64,000 nucleotides of DNA. Source: Escherichia phage vB_EcoM-Ro121c4YLVW. Made by a program: the position numbers and the translations under genes. Shown here in pieces: positions 1-8,966 of this stretch (position 1 is its first letter; each line of letters opens with the position of its first letter). Below the pieces are notes generated by a model. It did no database searches and had not been told where the DNA came from. It saw only the letters and a list, made by a program, of their open reading frames with translations. Location of the stretch: sequence record NC_052654.1. One strand, given 5' to 3'.

Positions 1-1
1 A

Positions 2-904
2 GAAAAATATGATGGACGATTCAACCTTGGAGTAGTTTCTATCAATTTACCTCTGATTGCTGCGGAAGCGAGAAGTAAAGGAGAATCTTTCACCGACCTC
101 CTTAATAAACATATGGAGATAGCCTACGATGCTCACATGTTACGTGTAAACCGTATTAGGCATACCAAAGCATCTGAAAACCCTATTCTTTTCATGGAAG
201 GGGCTTTAGCGCGTTTAAATGCCAATGATGAAATTGGTGTTTTGTTTGAAGGTGGCTATGCTTCTATTAGTATTGGTTATGTAGGTCTTGCCGAAGCTTT
301 GGAAATCCTTTATCCAGAGGAAAAAGATAAAAAGGAACTAGGTAAAAACATTCTGCAACATATGAAAGATGTGTGTGCTGTGTTTAAAGAACGATCTAAG
401 TTGGCATTTAGTCTTTATGGAACTCCAGCAGAATCCTTGTGCTATAAATTTGCAACAGCTTTAAATGAAAAATATCCAGGTCTGGTAGAAAGAGACTATC
501 TTACTAATTCTTTTCATCAACCTGTATGGTTGGTAACAAATCCTTTTGAAAAATGGGATTATGAAGCAGGTTTTGCACAGATTAGCAATGGTGGTAACAT
601 AAGTTATGTCGAAACACCAAACTTAAAGAATAACTTAGAAGCTTTGGAGACTTTAGTAGACTACGCTTATGAACATATTCACTATTTTGGTATTAATCAG
701 CCCGTGGATCAATGCTTTAAGTGTGGTTTTCATGGAGAATTTAAGGCAACGGCTAAAGGGTTTGAGTGTCCTAATTGTGGCAACCATGAAGAAGAAACTA
801 TTTCTGTAGTTAGACGTGTATCAGGGTATCTTTCTGCCCCTAATTCACGGCCTTATAACAAAGGTAAAATGCAGGAAGTTTTGCAAAGGGAGAAACATCT
901 TTGA
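2..904 (+). CDS. nrdD: anaerobic ribonucleoside-triphosphate reductase NrdD, C-terminal part (5' end lies outside the window)
   Basis: Frame is open from the window edge (GRFNLGVVSINLP...). C-terminal Cys cluster CFKCG...CPNCG followed by glycyl-radical loop VRRVSGYL; nrdG follows immediately. Confidence 0.9.
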   Translation, partial: EKYDGRFNLGVVSINLPLIAAEARSKGESFTDLLNKHMEIAYDAHMLRVNRIRHTKASENPILFMEGALARLNANDEIGVLFEGGYASISIGYVGLAEALEILYPEEKDKKELGKNILQHMKDVCAVFKERSKLAFSLYGTPAESLCYKFATALNEKYPGLVERDYLTNSFHQPVWLVTNPFEKWDYEAGFAQISNGGNISYVETPNLKNNLEALETLVDYAYEHIHYFGINQPVDQCFKCGFHGEFKATAKGFECPNCGNHEEETISVVRRVSGYLSAPNSRPYNKGKMQEVLQREKHL

Positions 905-1371
905 ATTTTGCAGGATATGAACCTGTAGATCTTATTAATGGTGAGGGAGTTAGGTGCTCCCTCTGGGTTAGTGGTTGTAGCCACGGTTGTCGTGGCTGTT
1001 TTAACCAGAAAGCCTGGTCTTATTCTTATGGGAAACCGTTCACTAACGAAAATGTAGAGCAAGTTTTAAAAGATTTGTCAAGACCGTTTGTAAAAGGTTT
1101 AACAATTTTAGGAGGAGAACCATTAGATCCGCAGAATATTTACAATGTTAAAAACCTTATAGAAAAGGTTAGAGACGTTTATGGGTCAAGCAAAGATATA
1201 ATGGTGTATACAGGATATACTTTTGAGGAAGTGCCTTTGTATATTAAAAATCTTGTTGACATTATTGTAGACGGAAAGTATGAAATAAACAATCCAACCA
1301 CAAAACCTTTCAGAGGGTCAGATAATCAAAGATTATGGACCAAAACGGCGAGTGGTTGGCAATCAGATTAG
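901..1371 (+). CDS. nrdG: anaerobic ribonucleotide reductase activating protein (radical SAM)
   Basis: N-terminus MNFAGYEPVDLINGEGVRCSLWVSGCSHGCRGCFN matches the NrdG pattern with a CxxxCxxC radical-SAM cluster; TTG start overlaps the nrdD stop. Confidence 0.9.
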   Translation: MNFAGYEPVDLINGEGVRCSLWVSGCSHGCRGCFNQKAWSYSYGKPFTNENVEQVLKDLSRPFVKGLTILGGEPLDPQNIYNVKNLIEKVRDVYGSSKDIMVYTGYTFEEVPLYIKNLVDIIVDGKYEINNPTTKPFRGSDNQRLWTKTASGWQSD

Positions 1372-1384
1372 CGTAGGAGGTTTT

Positions 1385-1576
1385 ATGGTTACATATTTTG
1401 CTGTAGGAGATAGGGTAGGGACGGCAGGAGAACTTTTGAAGAACAGTGATCGGGACGTTAAGGACATTCTTGCAACCCTTGTGGATATTTTACAAAGAAA
1501 AGAGTTGCTTTCTGATCGAGATGTTGCTAAATTACTTGATATCGGAGGAGATGAACTTCAAAGACTTCCATTTTAA
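1385..1576 (+). CDS. hypothetical small protein (63 aa)
   Basis: ATG at 1385 preceded by TAGGAGG; the ORF track shows a longer GTG-initiated version from 1352. No recognisable motif. Confidence 0.4.
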   Translation: MVTYFAVGDRVGTAGELLKNSDRDVKDILATLVDILQRKELLSDRDVAKLLDIGGDELQRLPF

Positions 1577-1591
1577 GTGAGGAGATAAGTA

Positions 1592-2197
1592 ATGCAACAT
1601 AGTGTAGTAGTCAACATGCCGAATAGTGGGGATAAATCTTTTGGTGTCCCTGCTAAAAAAGTGTGGAAAGCCCATTTTCATCTTACTTTATCTAACGTTA
1701 GTTCTGAAGAGTTGATGAAAGCAGCTAAGATTATTGGTGCCAAATGCACAACAATTGATTTACATCGGGATACAAAGTCTCAACGTGATCGTATGTTAAC
1801 AAAGTATCAAAGCGATCTCGACACTACTTTAATGTTGCAGTGTGTAGAAAAACTTGAGAATGCAGGTTTCAATGTTGTTCGTTACAAACTGGAACGAATG
1901 TTTAAACATGTTGCCTGTGTTCTTTTCATGGATCTAAGTAAAGAAAATTACGGAGAAGTTCACATTAAGACTTCAGCAAGTGATCCCGAAGTAGAAACAA
2001 ACTTCTTCCGTATTTCTTCTAATGCTGAAGAAATTGATTACCGATTTTATAATGCTCGCTTATATTCCGCAGAAGATAAGTTGCGTTTCAATGAAGCGTA
2101 TGATATGCTCTTGAACAGTGGGATACAGATAAAAGGCTACCACATAGAACAAGTGGTAGTGGACAGTAATCTTAACTTAGACGCATGGTGGGCTTAA
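1592..2197 (+). CDS. hypothetical protein; weak hint of a 2H-phosphoesterase-like H-x-T motif
   Basis: ORF with RBS GAGGAG. Contains HFHLTL (H-x-T-x) and a degenerate second motif VHIKT; assignment is speculative. Confidence 0.5.
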   Translation: MQHSVVVNMPNSGDKSFGVPAKKVWKAHFHLTLSNVSSEELMKAAKIIGAKCTTIDLHRDTKSQRDRMLTKYQSDLDTTLMLQCVEKLENAGFNVVRYKLERMFKHVACVLFMDLSKENYGEVHIKTSASDPEVETNFFRISSNAEEIDYRFYNARLYSAEDKLRFNEAYDMLLNSGIQIKGYHIEQVVVDSNLNLDAWWA

Positions 2198-2198
2198 T

Positions 2199-2855
2199 AT
2201 GACTATTAAACATATCTCTTTTGATGTATGGAACACACTGATCACAGCAAACTCCAATTACGCAGACATGCGAGCCTGGACTATCGCAAAATATGGAGAT
2301 ATTACGGAAGTGGAAGCAAGAGCAGCTTATAAAAAGATCAAAAAGGAACTGGATAATGCAGCACTTCAAGGCAAAGCCGAGTGTGCAGCATACGCTTGGG
2401 AAAGACTTGGTTCTGAACTTGGGATAACGCCTTGGAAGTCTGCAAAGCTTCGTTTCGAGTGTGAACAGTGGTTCCTTAAGTTTCCACCACACGTAGCCGT
2501 GGATCTGCCGATGTACTTGCTGTATCTTTCGGGGCGTTATGATTTGAGTATTAAGAGCAATACCAACTTCATATCAGGGGATATCCTGCGTCGTGCTTGT
2601 AAGTTTGATAGTTGGAATTGTTTTGAGTTCACCCATTTCTCGGATGAAGCTTTACTTTGTAAACCAGATCCGCGATTCTTTGCTCGCACGCTCACGTATT
2701 CTCCGGTCCCTCTGTTAGGGCACGAAGTATTGCACGTAGGCGATAGTGAAGAATATGATGGAAAATGTGTTGACTTAGGATTTAACTTCTGTCATATTAA
2801 GAACCCTAACGACTTACTAGAGAAACTTAAAAGAGGAGAAATTGTAAATGCGTAA
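2199..2855 (+). CDS. HAD-superfamily hydrolase (family IA-like phosphatase)
   Basis: Motif I-like FDVWNTL near the N-terminus, motif III LCKPDPRFF, motif IV HVGDSEEYD. Confidence 0.65.
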   Translation: MTIKHISFDVWNTLITANSNYADMRAWTIAKYGDITEVEARAAYKKIKKELDNAALQGKAECAAYAWERLGSELGITPWKSAKLRFECEQWFLKFPPHVAVDLPMYLLYLSGRYDLSIKSNTNFISGDILRRACKFDSWNCFEFTHFSDEALLCKPDPRFFARTLTYSPVPLLGHEVLHVGDSEEYDGKCVDLGFNFCHIKNPNDLLEKLKRGEIVNA

Positions 2856-3675
2856 TCAAACTCAAATTTTTGCAAATAAATTTGATGACCTGGAAACTGC
2901 TACTTTTGATATCAAAGATTATTCAAAATTGAAATTTGGTAGTAACCAAGCTGCGCGTCGTATGGGTAAAGAATTGGCACTTCAGTTTTTTGCTCAAGTG
3001 GCAATGAAACATATTGGGGAACAATTTGTTATCATCCCTTCTCCTTATAACCATGTGCATAATGCTGCAACAATGATGACAGATCATTTTATTAATTACT
3101 TTAATATGTTGCAAGCACAATATGATCAAGGTCGTTCAGCAGAACTGGATATTATTCATCGTAAAGTTAGCTATATCAACGATTATGGTTTCTTGGATAA
3201 AGCTAGTCGTAAGAAACTTATTGATGGGGATACATTCTACTGCAACAAAGAATTCTGGGGTGATAAGAAGCTTGTGTTCATTGATGATGTAAATATCACC
3301 GGAACTCATGAAGACAAACTGATTGAGATTCTTGATGAAAATCAAGTTAAAAATGATGTTTACTTCTTGTATTTTGCAAAATATGAAGGTAATCAAGCAG
3401 ATACTGAAGCTAAACTGAATTTTAACTACATCAATACACCAGAAGCGTTTGTTAAAATGATTAATGAAGAACGTGATGCACAGTGCCTTGTTCGTCCTAT
3501 TAAGTATCTTATGGGCCAAAATCACGAAGACTTCAAAATCATTCTTAGCCAATTGCCACACTACTATGTAGAGCAACTTTTCTTTGGATGTTTGGGAGAA
3601 GGTTACAACCGAATTTCAAAGTATGCTGAAAACTTTGAATTCTTGGATCGTTACACAAAACAACATATTCTGTAA
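2848..3675 (+). CDS. phosphoribosyltransferase (PRTase) domain protein
   Basis: PRPP-binding signature KKLVFIDDVNITGTHEDK (hydrophobic-DD-x-TGxT); start overlaps the HAD gene stop, suggesting co-translation. Confidence 0.65.
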   Translation: MRNQTQIFANKFDDLETATFDIKDYSKLKFGSNQAARRMGKELALQFFAQVAMKHIGEQFVIIPSPYNHVHNAATMMTDHFINYFNMLQAQYDQGRSAELDIIHRKVSYINDYGFLDKASRKKLIDGDTFYCNKEFWGDKKLVFIDDVNITGTHEDKLIEILDENQVKNDVYFLYFAKYEGNQADTEAKLNFNYINTPEAFVKMINEERDAQCLVRPIKYLMGQNHEDFKIILSQLPHYYVEQLFFGCLGEGYNRISKYAENFEFLDRYTKQHIL

Positions 3676-3688
3676 TAAGGAGCTAAAA

Positions 3689-4162
3689 ATGCTTAAAATG
3701 AAAACAGGTAATCTTATTGATGCCGCTAAAGCAGGAGAAGTAACTGTTATTGCTCATTGTTGCAATTGTATGTGTAATATGGGAGCAGGAATTGCTCCGC
3801 AAATTAAACGAGCATTCCCTTATGCATATGCGGCAGATTTAGACACAATGGCTGGTGATCAAAGTAAGTTAGGTTCTTTTAGTTTAGGGGTGCCAGACGA
3901 ACAATCAGACCCTTTGGTATATAATCTATACGGACAATACCGTTACGGATACAATGCTAAAGGTCGTCAGTTGGACTATGATGCACTTTACGATGCACTA
4001 ATAGCTATGGCTAATGATTTGCTTCTCCGTGACCAAAAATGTAAGATCGGCTTACCTATGATTGGCGCTGGATATGCTGGAGGTAATTGGGCTATCATCC
4101 AAGTGATGATTGAAGAAACTTTAGTAAAAACAGGTCACGATGTGACTATTTATAAACTTTAA
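3689..4162 (+). CDS. macro domain protein, TARG1/OARD1-like (ADP-ribose or O-acetyl-ADP-ribose hydrolase family)
   Basis: VIAHCCNCMCNMGAGIAPQIKRAFP and C-terminal IGLPMIGAGYAGGNWAIIQVMIEETL...VTIYKL parallel the TARG1 pattern (HCISEDCRMGAGIA...PRIGCGLDRLQWENV...ITVYTL) as recalled from memory. ATG 3689 with AAGGAG RBS; the track ORF starts earlier at 3584. Confidence 0.75.
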   Translation: MLKMKTGNLIDAAKAGEVTVIAHCCNCMCNMGAGIAPQIKRAFPYAYAADLDTMAGDQSKLGSFSLGVPDEQSDPLVYNLYGQYRYGYNAKGRQLDYDALYDALIAMANDLLLRDQKCKIGLPMIGAGYAGGNWAIIQVMIEETLVKTGHDVTIYKL

Positions 4163-4174
4163 GAGGAGATTAGT

Positions 4175-4396
4175 ATGGGTGTTTTTGCAGGTATTGTTGC
4201 AGTGGTAAGCTTTTTTGTTATTGCTTTTATGCTTAGTTTGATTCCAGCTTGGTTACTGTTGCTGGCTTACAACTATGTTGCTGAAGTTATGGGTCATGCA
4301 GATATCACTGTCCCAGTAACCTTCTGGACCGTGGTTTGTGTTTCGTTTATTCTGGCGGTATTACGAGGAATCTTTTCCTCTCATTCAACAAAATAA
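4175..4396 (+). CDS. small hydrophobic membrane protein (2-3 TM segments)
   Basis: RBS AGAGGAG; sequence dominated by hydrophobic helices; sits directly upstream of the TerC gene. Confidence 0.5.
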   Translation: MGVFAGIVAVVSFFVIAFMLSLIPAWLLLLAYNYVAEVMGHADITVPVTFWTVVCVSFILAVLRGIFSSHSTK

Positions 4397-4399
4397 GTG

Positions 4400-4428
4400 T
4401 TGACATAGTTCTTAAAAAGAGTAAGATA
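4400..4428 (+). promoter_or_regulatory. sigma70-like promoter candidate (TTGACA, 16-17 nt spacer, TAAGAT/AAGATA)
   Basis: TTGACA at 4400-4405 with a -10-like hexamer at the right spacing, in the intergenic gap upstream of the TerC gene. Confidence 0.45.
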
Positions 4429-4475
4429 TATCACATGAAGCGGGGAATAGTTCCCCGCAAAGAGAGGAGAAAAGA

Positions 4476-5447
4476 ATGCAACTCGGTTTCCCAATTATTG
4501 ATGTAGTTGTTTTAGTTGGTATTTTGGCATTGTCTATTGGTATCGATTTCTTTGGTCATAAAGAGAATAAAGAAATTGGAATTAAATCTGCTTTGCTTTG
4601 GTCTGTTTTTTGGATTGCTTTAGCTTTAGGATATTACGCATTCATTTGGGTAGAGCATGGTAAAGAGTTTGCCGCACTTTTCCTAAGTGGATATGTGTTG
4701 GAAAAGAGTCTTTCTGTAGATAACCTAATGGTGTTCATGGCAATTTTTGCAAGCTTTGGAATTAAGAGCACACATCTCCAACATAAGATTTTACTTTGGG
4801 GTATTGCAGGTGCCATTGTCTTCCGAGGTGTTTTTGTTGCAGCAGGGACAGCTTTGTTTAACCTGCATTGGTCGGTCCAAGTGTTGTTCGGTCTGATTGT
4901 AGCTTGGTCTGCCGTTGCTATTATCAAAGGTGGTGACGAAGAAGATATTGATTACTCTAAACATTGGGCTGTTCGTTTAGTAGGTAAAGTTCTGCCTGTG
5001 CACAACGCACTGGATGGTGAAAAGTTCATTACCATTAAGAATGGTATTAAATATGCAACTCCTGCTCTTCTTTGTGTGTTTGTTATTGAGCTTACAGATA
5101 TTGTGTTCTCTTTTGATTCAGTTCCGGCTGTTATTGGTGTGACACAAGAACCTCTGCTAGTTTATTCTGCAATGCTGATGGCTGTTCTTGGTTTACGTGC
5201 ACTTTTCTTTGTGTTAAGTGTAGCTGTGAAATATCTGGTTCACTTAGAGAAAGCTGTTGCTGTGGTTCTGGTGTTTGTTGGTGCTAAACTTATGTATCAC
5301 CCGTTCGGTGAAACACTTCATGCCAAGTGGTCATTCCTCCCGCATGATATTTCCCCTAACGTAAGTCTGATGATTGTTCTAGGCACATTAGCTCTTGGTG
5401 TTATTGCAAGCTTTATCTTCCCTGAAAAAGAAGAAGCTGCTGTTTAA
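4476..5447 (+). CDS. terC: TerC/Alx-family integral membrane protein
   Basis: Strong resemblance to TerC/Alx signatures: LSGYVLEKSLSVDNLMVF and IKNGIKYATPALLCVFVIELTDIVFSFDSVPAVIGVTQEP; multiple TM helices; RBS GAGAGGAG. Confidence 0.9.
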   Translation: MQLGFPIIDVVVLVGILALSIGIDFFGHKENKEIGIKSALLWSVFWIALALGYYAFIWVEHGKEFAALFLSGYVLEKSLSVDNLMVFMAIFASFGIKSTHLQHKILLWGIAGAIVFRGVFVAAGTALFNLHWSVQVLFGLIVAWSAVAIIKGGDEEDIDYSKHWAVRLVGKVLPVHNALDGEKFITIKNGIKYATPALLCVFVIELTDIVFSFDSVPAVIGVTQEPLLVYSAMLMAVLGLRALFFVLSVAVKYLVHLEKAVAVVLVFVGAKLMYHPFGETLHAKWSFLPHDISPNVSLMIVLGTLALGVIASFIFPEKEEAAV

Positions 5448-5453
5448 TAGATG

Positions 5454-5478
5454 AGCCTCCTTCGGGAGGCTATTTTAT
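5454..5478 (+). terminator. rho-independent terminator after the TerC gene
   Basis: Hairpin AGCCTCC-TTCG-GGAGGCT followed by ATTTTAT. Confidence 0.7.
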
Positions 5479-5489
5479 AGGAGAGACTT

Positions 5490-5840
5490 ATGAGTAATTT
5501 TGATGAAATTCAAAAACTTGTTTGGGATTTACCTGATGATGTTGATTACGTTTCAGATTATCTTTCAAAAGTTTACCCTGGGGTAAGCGTTATGATTGTG
5601 ACCAAAGATCCAATTAATTTGCCTCCTAATGTGGTAGCTTGTTGTGGGAGTGGTTCAGGGGAAGTGGAGCCTGTATCCCGTTGGGAATTAACTAAAGCTG
5701 TTTCAAAACGAAACGGTGAAGTTTTGAATATTGATATCGAGCAAATATGGACTTCTCCAGCAGCTAAATGGAATGATCCGAATGGTTGGGACTTGTTCTT
5801 CTGGGATAATGAAACTGATGATGAGGTATTTTTAAAATGA
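5490..5840 (+). CDS. hypothetical protein
   Basis: ORF with RBS AGGAGAG; no recognisable motif. Confidence 0.5.
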   Translation: MSNFDEIQKLVWDLPDDVDYVSDYLSKVYPGVSVMIVTKDPINLPPNVVACCGSGSGEVEPVSRWELTKAVSKRNGEVLNIDIEQIWTSPAAKWNDPNGWDLFFWDNETDDEVFLK

Positions 5841-6082
5841 AATACTTGTTGGTTGTGTTTGAAAATATTTGTTTTGCAATAGGGTTGTTTGTTGTAATTT
5901 TTGTATTGACAAGCGTAATCAACGGCAGTAAAGTGAGTTTATACCGAGATGGAGAGCAACTTTATTGCTTCTCTGGAGATTTCAAACACAGATGTATTAA
6001 TAGCCAAAACGAGGAAAGCAAATATGAAAAAACTAGCCCTGATTTTAATTGGTTGTATCTTTTTAACAGCTTGCGAGGATGA
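5837..6082 (+). CDS. hypothetical small membrane protein (doubtful)
   Basis: ATG overlaps the previous stop; N-terminal TM helix. It overlaps the better-supported lipoprotein gene by about 59 nt and contains a promoter-like site, so it may be spurious. Confidence 0.3.
   Translation: MKYLLVVFENICFAIGLFVVIFVLTSVINGSKVSLYRDGEQLYCFSGDFKHRCINSQNEESKYEKTSPDFNWLYLFNSLRG
5906..5934 (+). promoter_or_regulatory. possible sigma70-like promoter upstream of the lipoprotein gene
   Basis: TTGACA, 17 nt spacer, TAAAGT; located about 90 nt upstream of the ATG at 6024. Could be a chance match. Confidence 0.3.
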
Positions 6083-6461
6083 AACAAATCCTGCACAATA
6101 CCAACAACCTCCTCAACAATACGCTCAACAAGGATCTGACGGAGATACAACTATTATCAACAATGGTGGCGGTTCTAGTAGTAGCGGTGTTGGTGAGTTT
6201 GCTACAGGTATGTTGTTAGGGCATATGATGAGTGGCGGTAGTAATCGTAGCAGTGGGGATTATAACGATAACAGAACGATTATTAATAAGCATTATAATA
6301 CACCTAAACCGAAAACTAATTTTTATAGTAAGCCTAAACAAGAGATAAAAACTTATGAAAAGCCGAGACAAACTTTTAAAACAAATAGTAGCTATACAAC
6401 TCGTAAATCTTACAATAGCCCTTTAAGTAAAAAGAGTTCATCTCGTAGCAAGCGACGTTAA
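6024..6461 (+). CDS. predicted lipoprotein with low-complexity Gly/Ser-rich and basic C-terminal region
   Basis: MKKLALILIGCIFLTAC: basic N-terminus, hydrophobic core and lipobox L-T-A-C; RBS GAGGAAAG. The track ORF starts further upstream at 5949. Confidence 0.65.
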   Translation: MKKLALILIGCIFLTACEDETNPAQYQQPPQQYAQQGSDGDTTIINNGGGSSSSGVGEFATGMLLGHMMSGGSNRSSGDYNDNRTIINKHYNTPKPKTNFYSKPKQEIKTYEKPRQTFKTNSSYTTRKSYNSPLSKKSSSRSKRR

Positions 6462-6475
6462 TAAGGAGAAAAACA

Positions 6476-7069
6476 ATGACAATTTCTATTCGTACTTCCA
6501 TCGTAGGTGTTAAAAGGTTGCCTAATGCTTTGCAAATCACACGCGCTTTGAGGGATACATTCTCTGCTGTGGACGAGCATAAGATGCTTGATAATCTTTC
6601 AAATTGGCCCTATTTCCATTATTTTAAAAATGAAGATGACGAGTTTATAGACGCTGTTTCTTATGGTTATGATTTCGGTAAGGAGGTTTCTGCTGAAGAA
6701 TTTGTAGCTATGGTGTTCCCAAACGGTTTGCCTACTCGCAGTAAACGTAAAAAAGGACCAAAAAACAAGAAACGTGCTACTAATAAAGCTACCATTTTCT
6801 TTACTGATGGCACACAATATACGATTAAAGATTTTGAAGAGGTATCTTATACAGCAGGTGGGAATCTTTCTTTCTACACCATCAAAAAACAAAACTCTAC
6901 GTTCAGCCATGTTTCTAACATGATTGAAATGTTAGTAGAAGATATTGAAAGCGTAGCTGTGTTAGGTATGCATAAAAGCTTTTTAATTACAAATATTTCA
7001 GATTTCAGTGCACGTTTATCTGGTCCTGATTTTGAAACCACGACCACGCATTTCACTTTTAAGGTGTAA
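6476..7069 (+). CDS. hypothetical protein
   Basis: ORF with strong RBS TAAGGAGA; no recognisable motif. Confidence 0.55.
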   Translation: MTISIRTSIVGVKRLPNALQITRALRDTFSAVDEHKMLDNLSNWPYFHYFKNEDDEFIDAVSYGYDFGKEVSAEEFVAMVFPNGLPTRSKRKKGPKNKKRATNKATIFFTDGTQYTIKDFEEVSYTAGGNLSFYTIKKQNSTFSHVSNMIEMLVEDIESVAVLGMHKSFLITNISDFSARLSGPDFETTTTHFTFKV

Positions 7070-7072
7070 GTT

Positions 7073-7663
7073 ATGTATACCGAGAGAGACTTGCAACTCT
7101 TGTGGTGGGAAGTGATGCAGGAAATAAAAGAAGATTTTCCTGTTTACTACAACATGTTACGTGAAGCAGGATATAAAGCTTGTGTTAGAAACAAAGTGAA
7201 TAACTCTTTCGGTTGGTGCAACTACCGAGATAAAATTGTTGTTGTAAATTGGCACTTGCATAAGAACTCTACAAGAGATATGATCGTGGATACAATGAAG
7301 CACGAAATTGCTCATGCTATTGATGGTTGTATGGGTAAGTTTAGTAGACACGGTGCTCATTGGCAAAAACTGGCAGCAGAGTTAGGGGCTAATCCTAAAG
7401 CCACTTCCAAAGAGCCGTTGAACCACGAATATAAATATGTTCTTGTTCTGGTAGATAGGTTTGCGACAAGATGTGTTAGAGGTTATAATCGTAAACCTAA
7501 TCGCATGTACCCAGGTAAGCAACCTAATATGTGGTTGAAATCAGATAAAGAAGGGACCGAAGGAAAATTATGGTTGTATAAATGGGACGATTGGGTTAAA
7601 GTAGCTAAAGAGTACGGTGTTTCACCATATATAAGAGATGCAGAAGAGGAGAATGAAGAATGA
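7073..7663 (+). CDS. SprT-like zinc metallopeptidase domain protein
   Basis: HExxH motif in MIVDTMKHEIAHAIDGCMGKFSRHGAHW, as in SprT/Spartan-type proteins. Confidence 0.55.
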   Translation: MYTERDLQLLWWEVMQEIKEDFPVYYNMLREAGYKACVRNKVNNSFGWCNYRDKIVVVNWHLHKNSTRDMIVDTMKHEIAHAIDGCMGKFSRHGAHWQKLAAELGANPKATSKEPLNHEYKYVLVLVDRFATRCVRGYNRKPNRMYPGKQPNMWLKSDKEGTEGKLWLYKWDDWVKVAKEYGVSPYIRDAEEENEE

Positions 7664-8772
7664 CAAGTCCATTTTTAAAAGCAGCTACTGGCGGTCAGAA
7701 GAAGCCTGAAATGAGCGTATTTGCTGCAACAACAGATGCAAGTAAATCTGTATTCGCTCCAAGCGTGTTAGATGCCAGTCCTGTTTATGCACCAGCGGCA
7801 CCGCAAGAAGTTCCAGTTTTGCCTTCTATGACCCGACAAGAGATCGAAGAGATTGGGGCAGAGGCAGGAACAACCTTGCGTTCCTTGAATGCCGAGGTAT
7901 TAAAACATCAACGTAGTAATCAAGGCGATCAGATGAGTGAACGACTCACAGCTTTGATTAAACAGGCAAAACAACTTGATCCAAACTCTATTAAACAAAG
8001 CAAGGGTATTACTAAACTCATTAAAAAAGTTATGGGTATGAAAGAAGATCTGTTTGGGGAGTTTGATAATGTTAATAACCGTATTGAAGAGTTGGTAAAA
8101 AACCTTCAAATGGATATTCGCAAAGAAGAAGATTCCTTGGTATATCTTGAAAAGCTACATCAAGCTATTGGACAATATGCTGCAAGTTTGAACCGAGATA
8201 TGCAGCTTCTAACAGCAACCTATGAAAAAGAAGAACAAGCTTTGGCTGCTCTTCCAGAAGATGCAGTAGAACAGCGACAAGTGATCCGAGATACTTTGGA
8301 TCTTCTGGAGATTCGTATTGCAGATTTAAAAGCATTGCGCCTACTGTGTGTCCAAATGGGACCGCGTGTACAAGGTATGCAAAAAGTTTCTGCAAGCTTA
8401 ATGCGATCTGCGCGTAACATAGTAAATAATGTTATTCCTGCTTACTCTGCTAACTTCTCAATGTATATCGAGAGCTTACGTCAAATGAAAGCAGCAGAGA
8501 CGCAGAATAACGTTCTTGATGAATTTAACCTGGCAATTAAACTGGGTAGCGATCTTGCCACACAGAATCAGATAGAAGCAGCAGCACTGGCTAACCGTCA
8601 AGTGTTGGATATTGAAACTCTGCGTCACGATCAGGAAAACTTGGTTAAGATGTTGGAAGAAACTAACCGCATCAATACGGAAGCCCGTGCTGCTCGTGTT
8701 GATTATATTAATGAAGTTCAATCTTTGGAAGACGGGATGGTAGCTGCTGTGAAACGAGGGCTTGGTAAATGA
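7660..8772 (+). CDS. alpha-helical coiled-coil protein; possibly TelA-like (unverified)
   Basis: ATG overlaps the SprT stop (ATGA). 370 aa, Ala/Gln/Leu/Glu-rich helical sequence with a disordered N-terminus. TelA-like call rests only on size, composition and Ter-gene context. Confidence 0.6.
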   Translation: MTSPFLKAATGGQKKPEMSVFAATTDASKSVFAPSVLDASPVYAPAAPQEVPVLPSMTRQEIEEIGAEAGTTLRSLNAEVLKHQRSNQGDQMSERLTALIKQAKQLDPNSIKQSKGITKLIKKVMGMKEDLFGEFDNVNNRIEELVKNLQMDIRKEEDSLVYLEKLHQAIGQYAASLNRDMQLLTATYEKEEQALAALPEDAVEQRQVIRDTLDLLEIRIADLKALRLLCVQMGPRVQGMQKVSASLMRSARNIVNNVIPAYSANFSMYIESLRQMKAAETQNNVLDEFNLAIKLGSDLATQNQIEAAALANRQVLDIETLRHDQENLVKMLEETNRINTEARAARVDYINEVQSLEDGMVAAVKRGLGK

Positions 8773-8966
8773 GAATCCGTATCTATATAATTGATGAGGA
8801 CATTGGTGTCCGTTATGATGACGAAAAACGATTCGCACCAATGGGAGGCATATATCCCCCAAGTGTTCTAGCAGTTTGTCGTGATTGTTATATTTATGAA
8901 GGTTGTCGTAACTTCCGTAAATTCCAACTCCTTGCAGATATTGACTTCAATGAGGAGGAGGAGTAA
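8769..8966 (+). CDS. hypothetical small protein
   Basis: ATG overlaps the previous stop; acidic C-terminus (NEEEE). Confidence 0.35.
   Translation: MRIRIYIIDEDIGVRYDDEKRFAPMGGIYPPSVLAVCRDCYIYEGCRNFRKFQLLADIDFNEEEE

Noticed and set aside
1592-2197. 2H phosphoesterase (Acb1/LigT-like) assignment for this ORF
   Set aside because: Only one clean H-x-T-x motif (HLTL); the second candidate (HIKT) does not fit. Left as hypothetical with a note.
2848-3675. PRTase as part of a known phage NAD+ reconstitution pathway (PRPP-synthetase-like or Nampt-like enzyme)
   Set aside because: At 275 aa with a single type-I PRTase loop it matches neither architecture as far as I can judge without a search. Kept only as a generic PRTase call.
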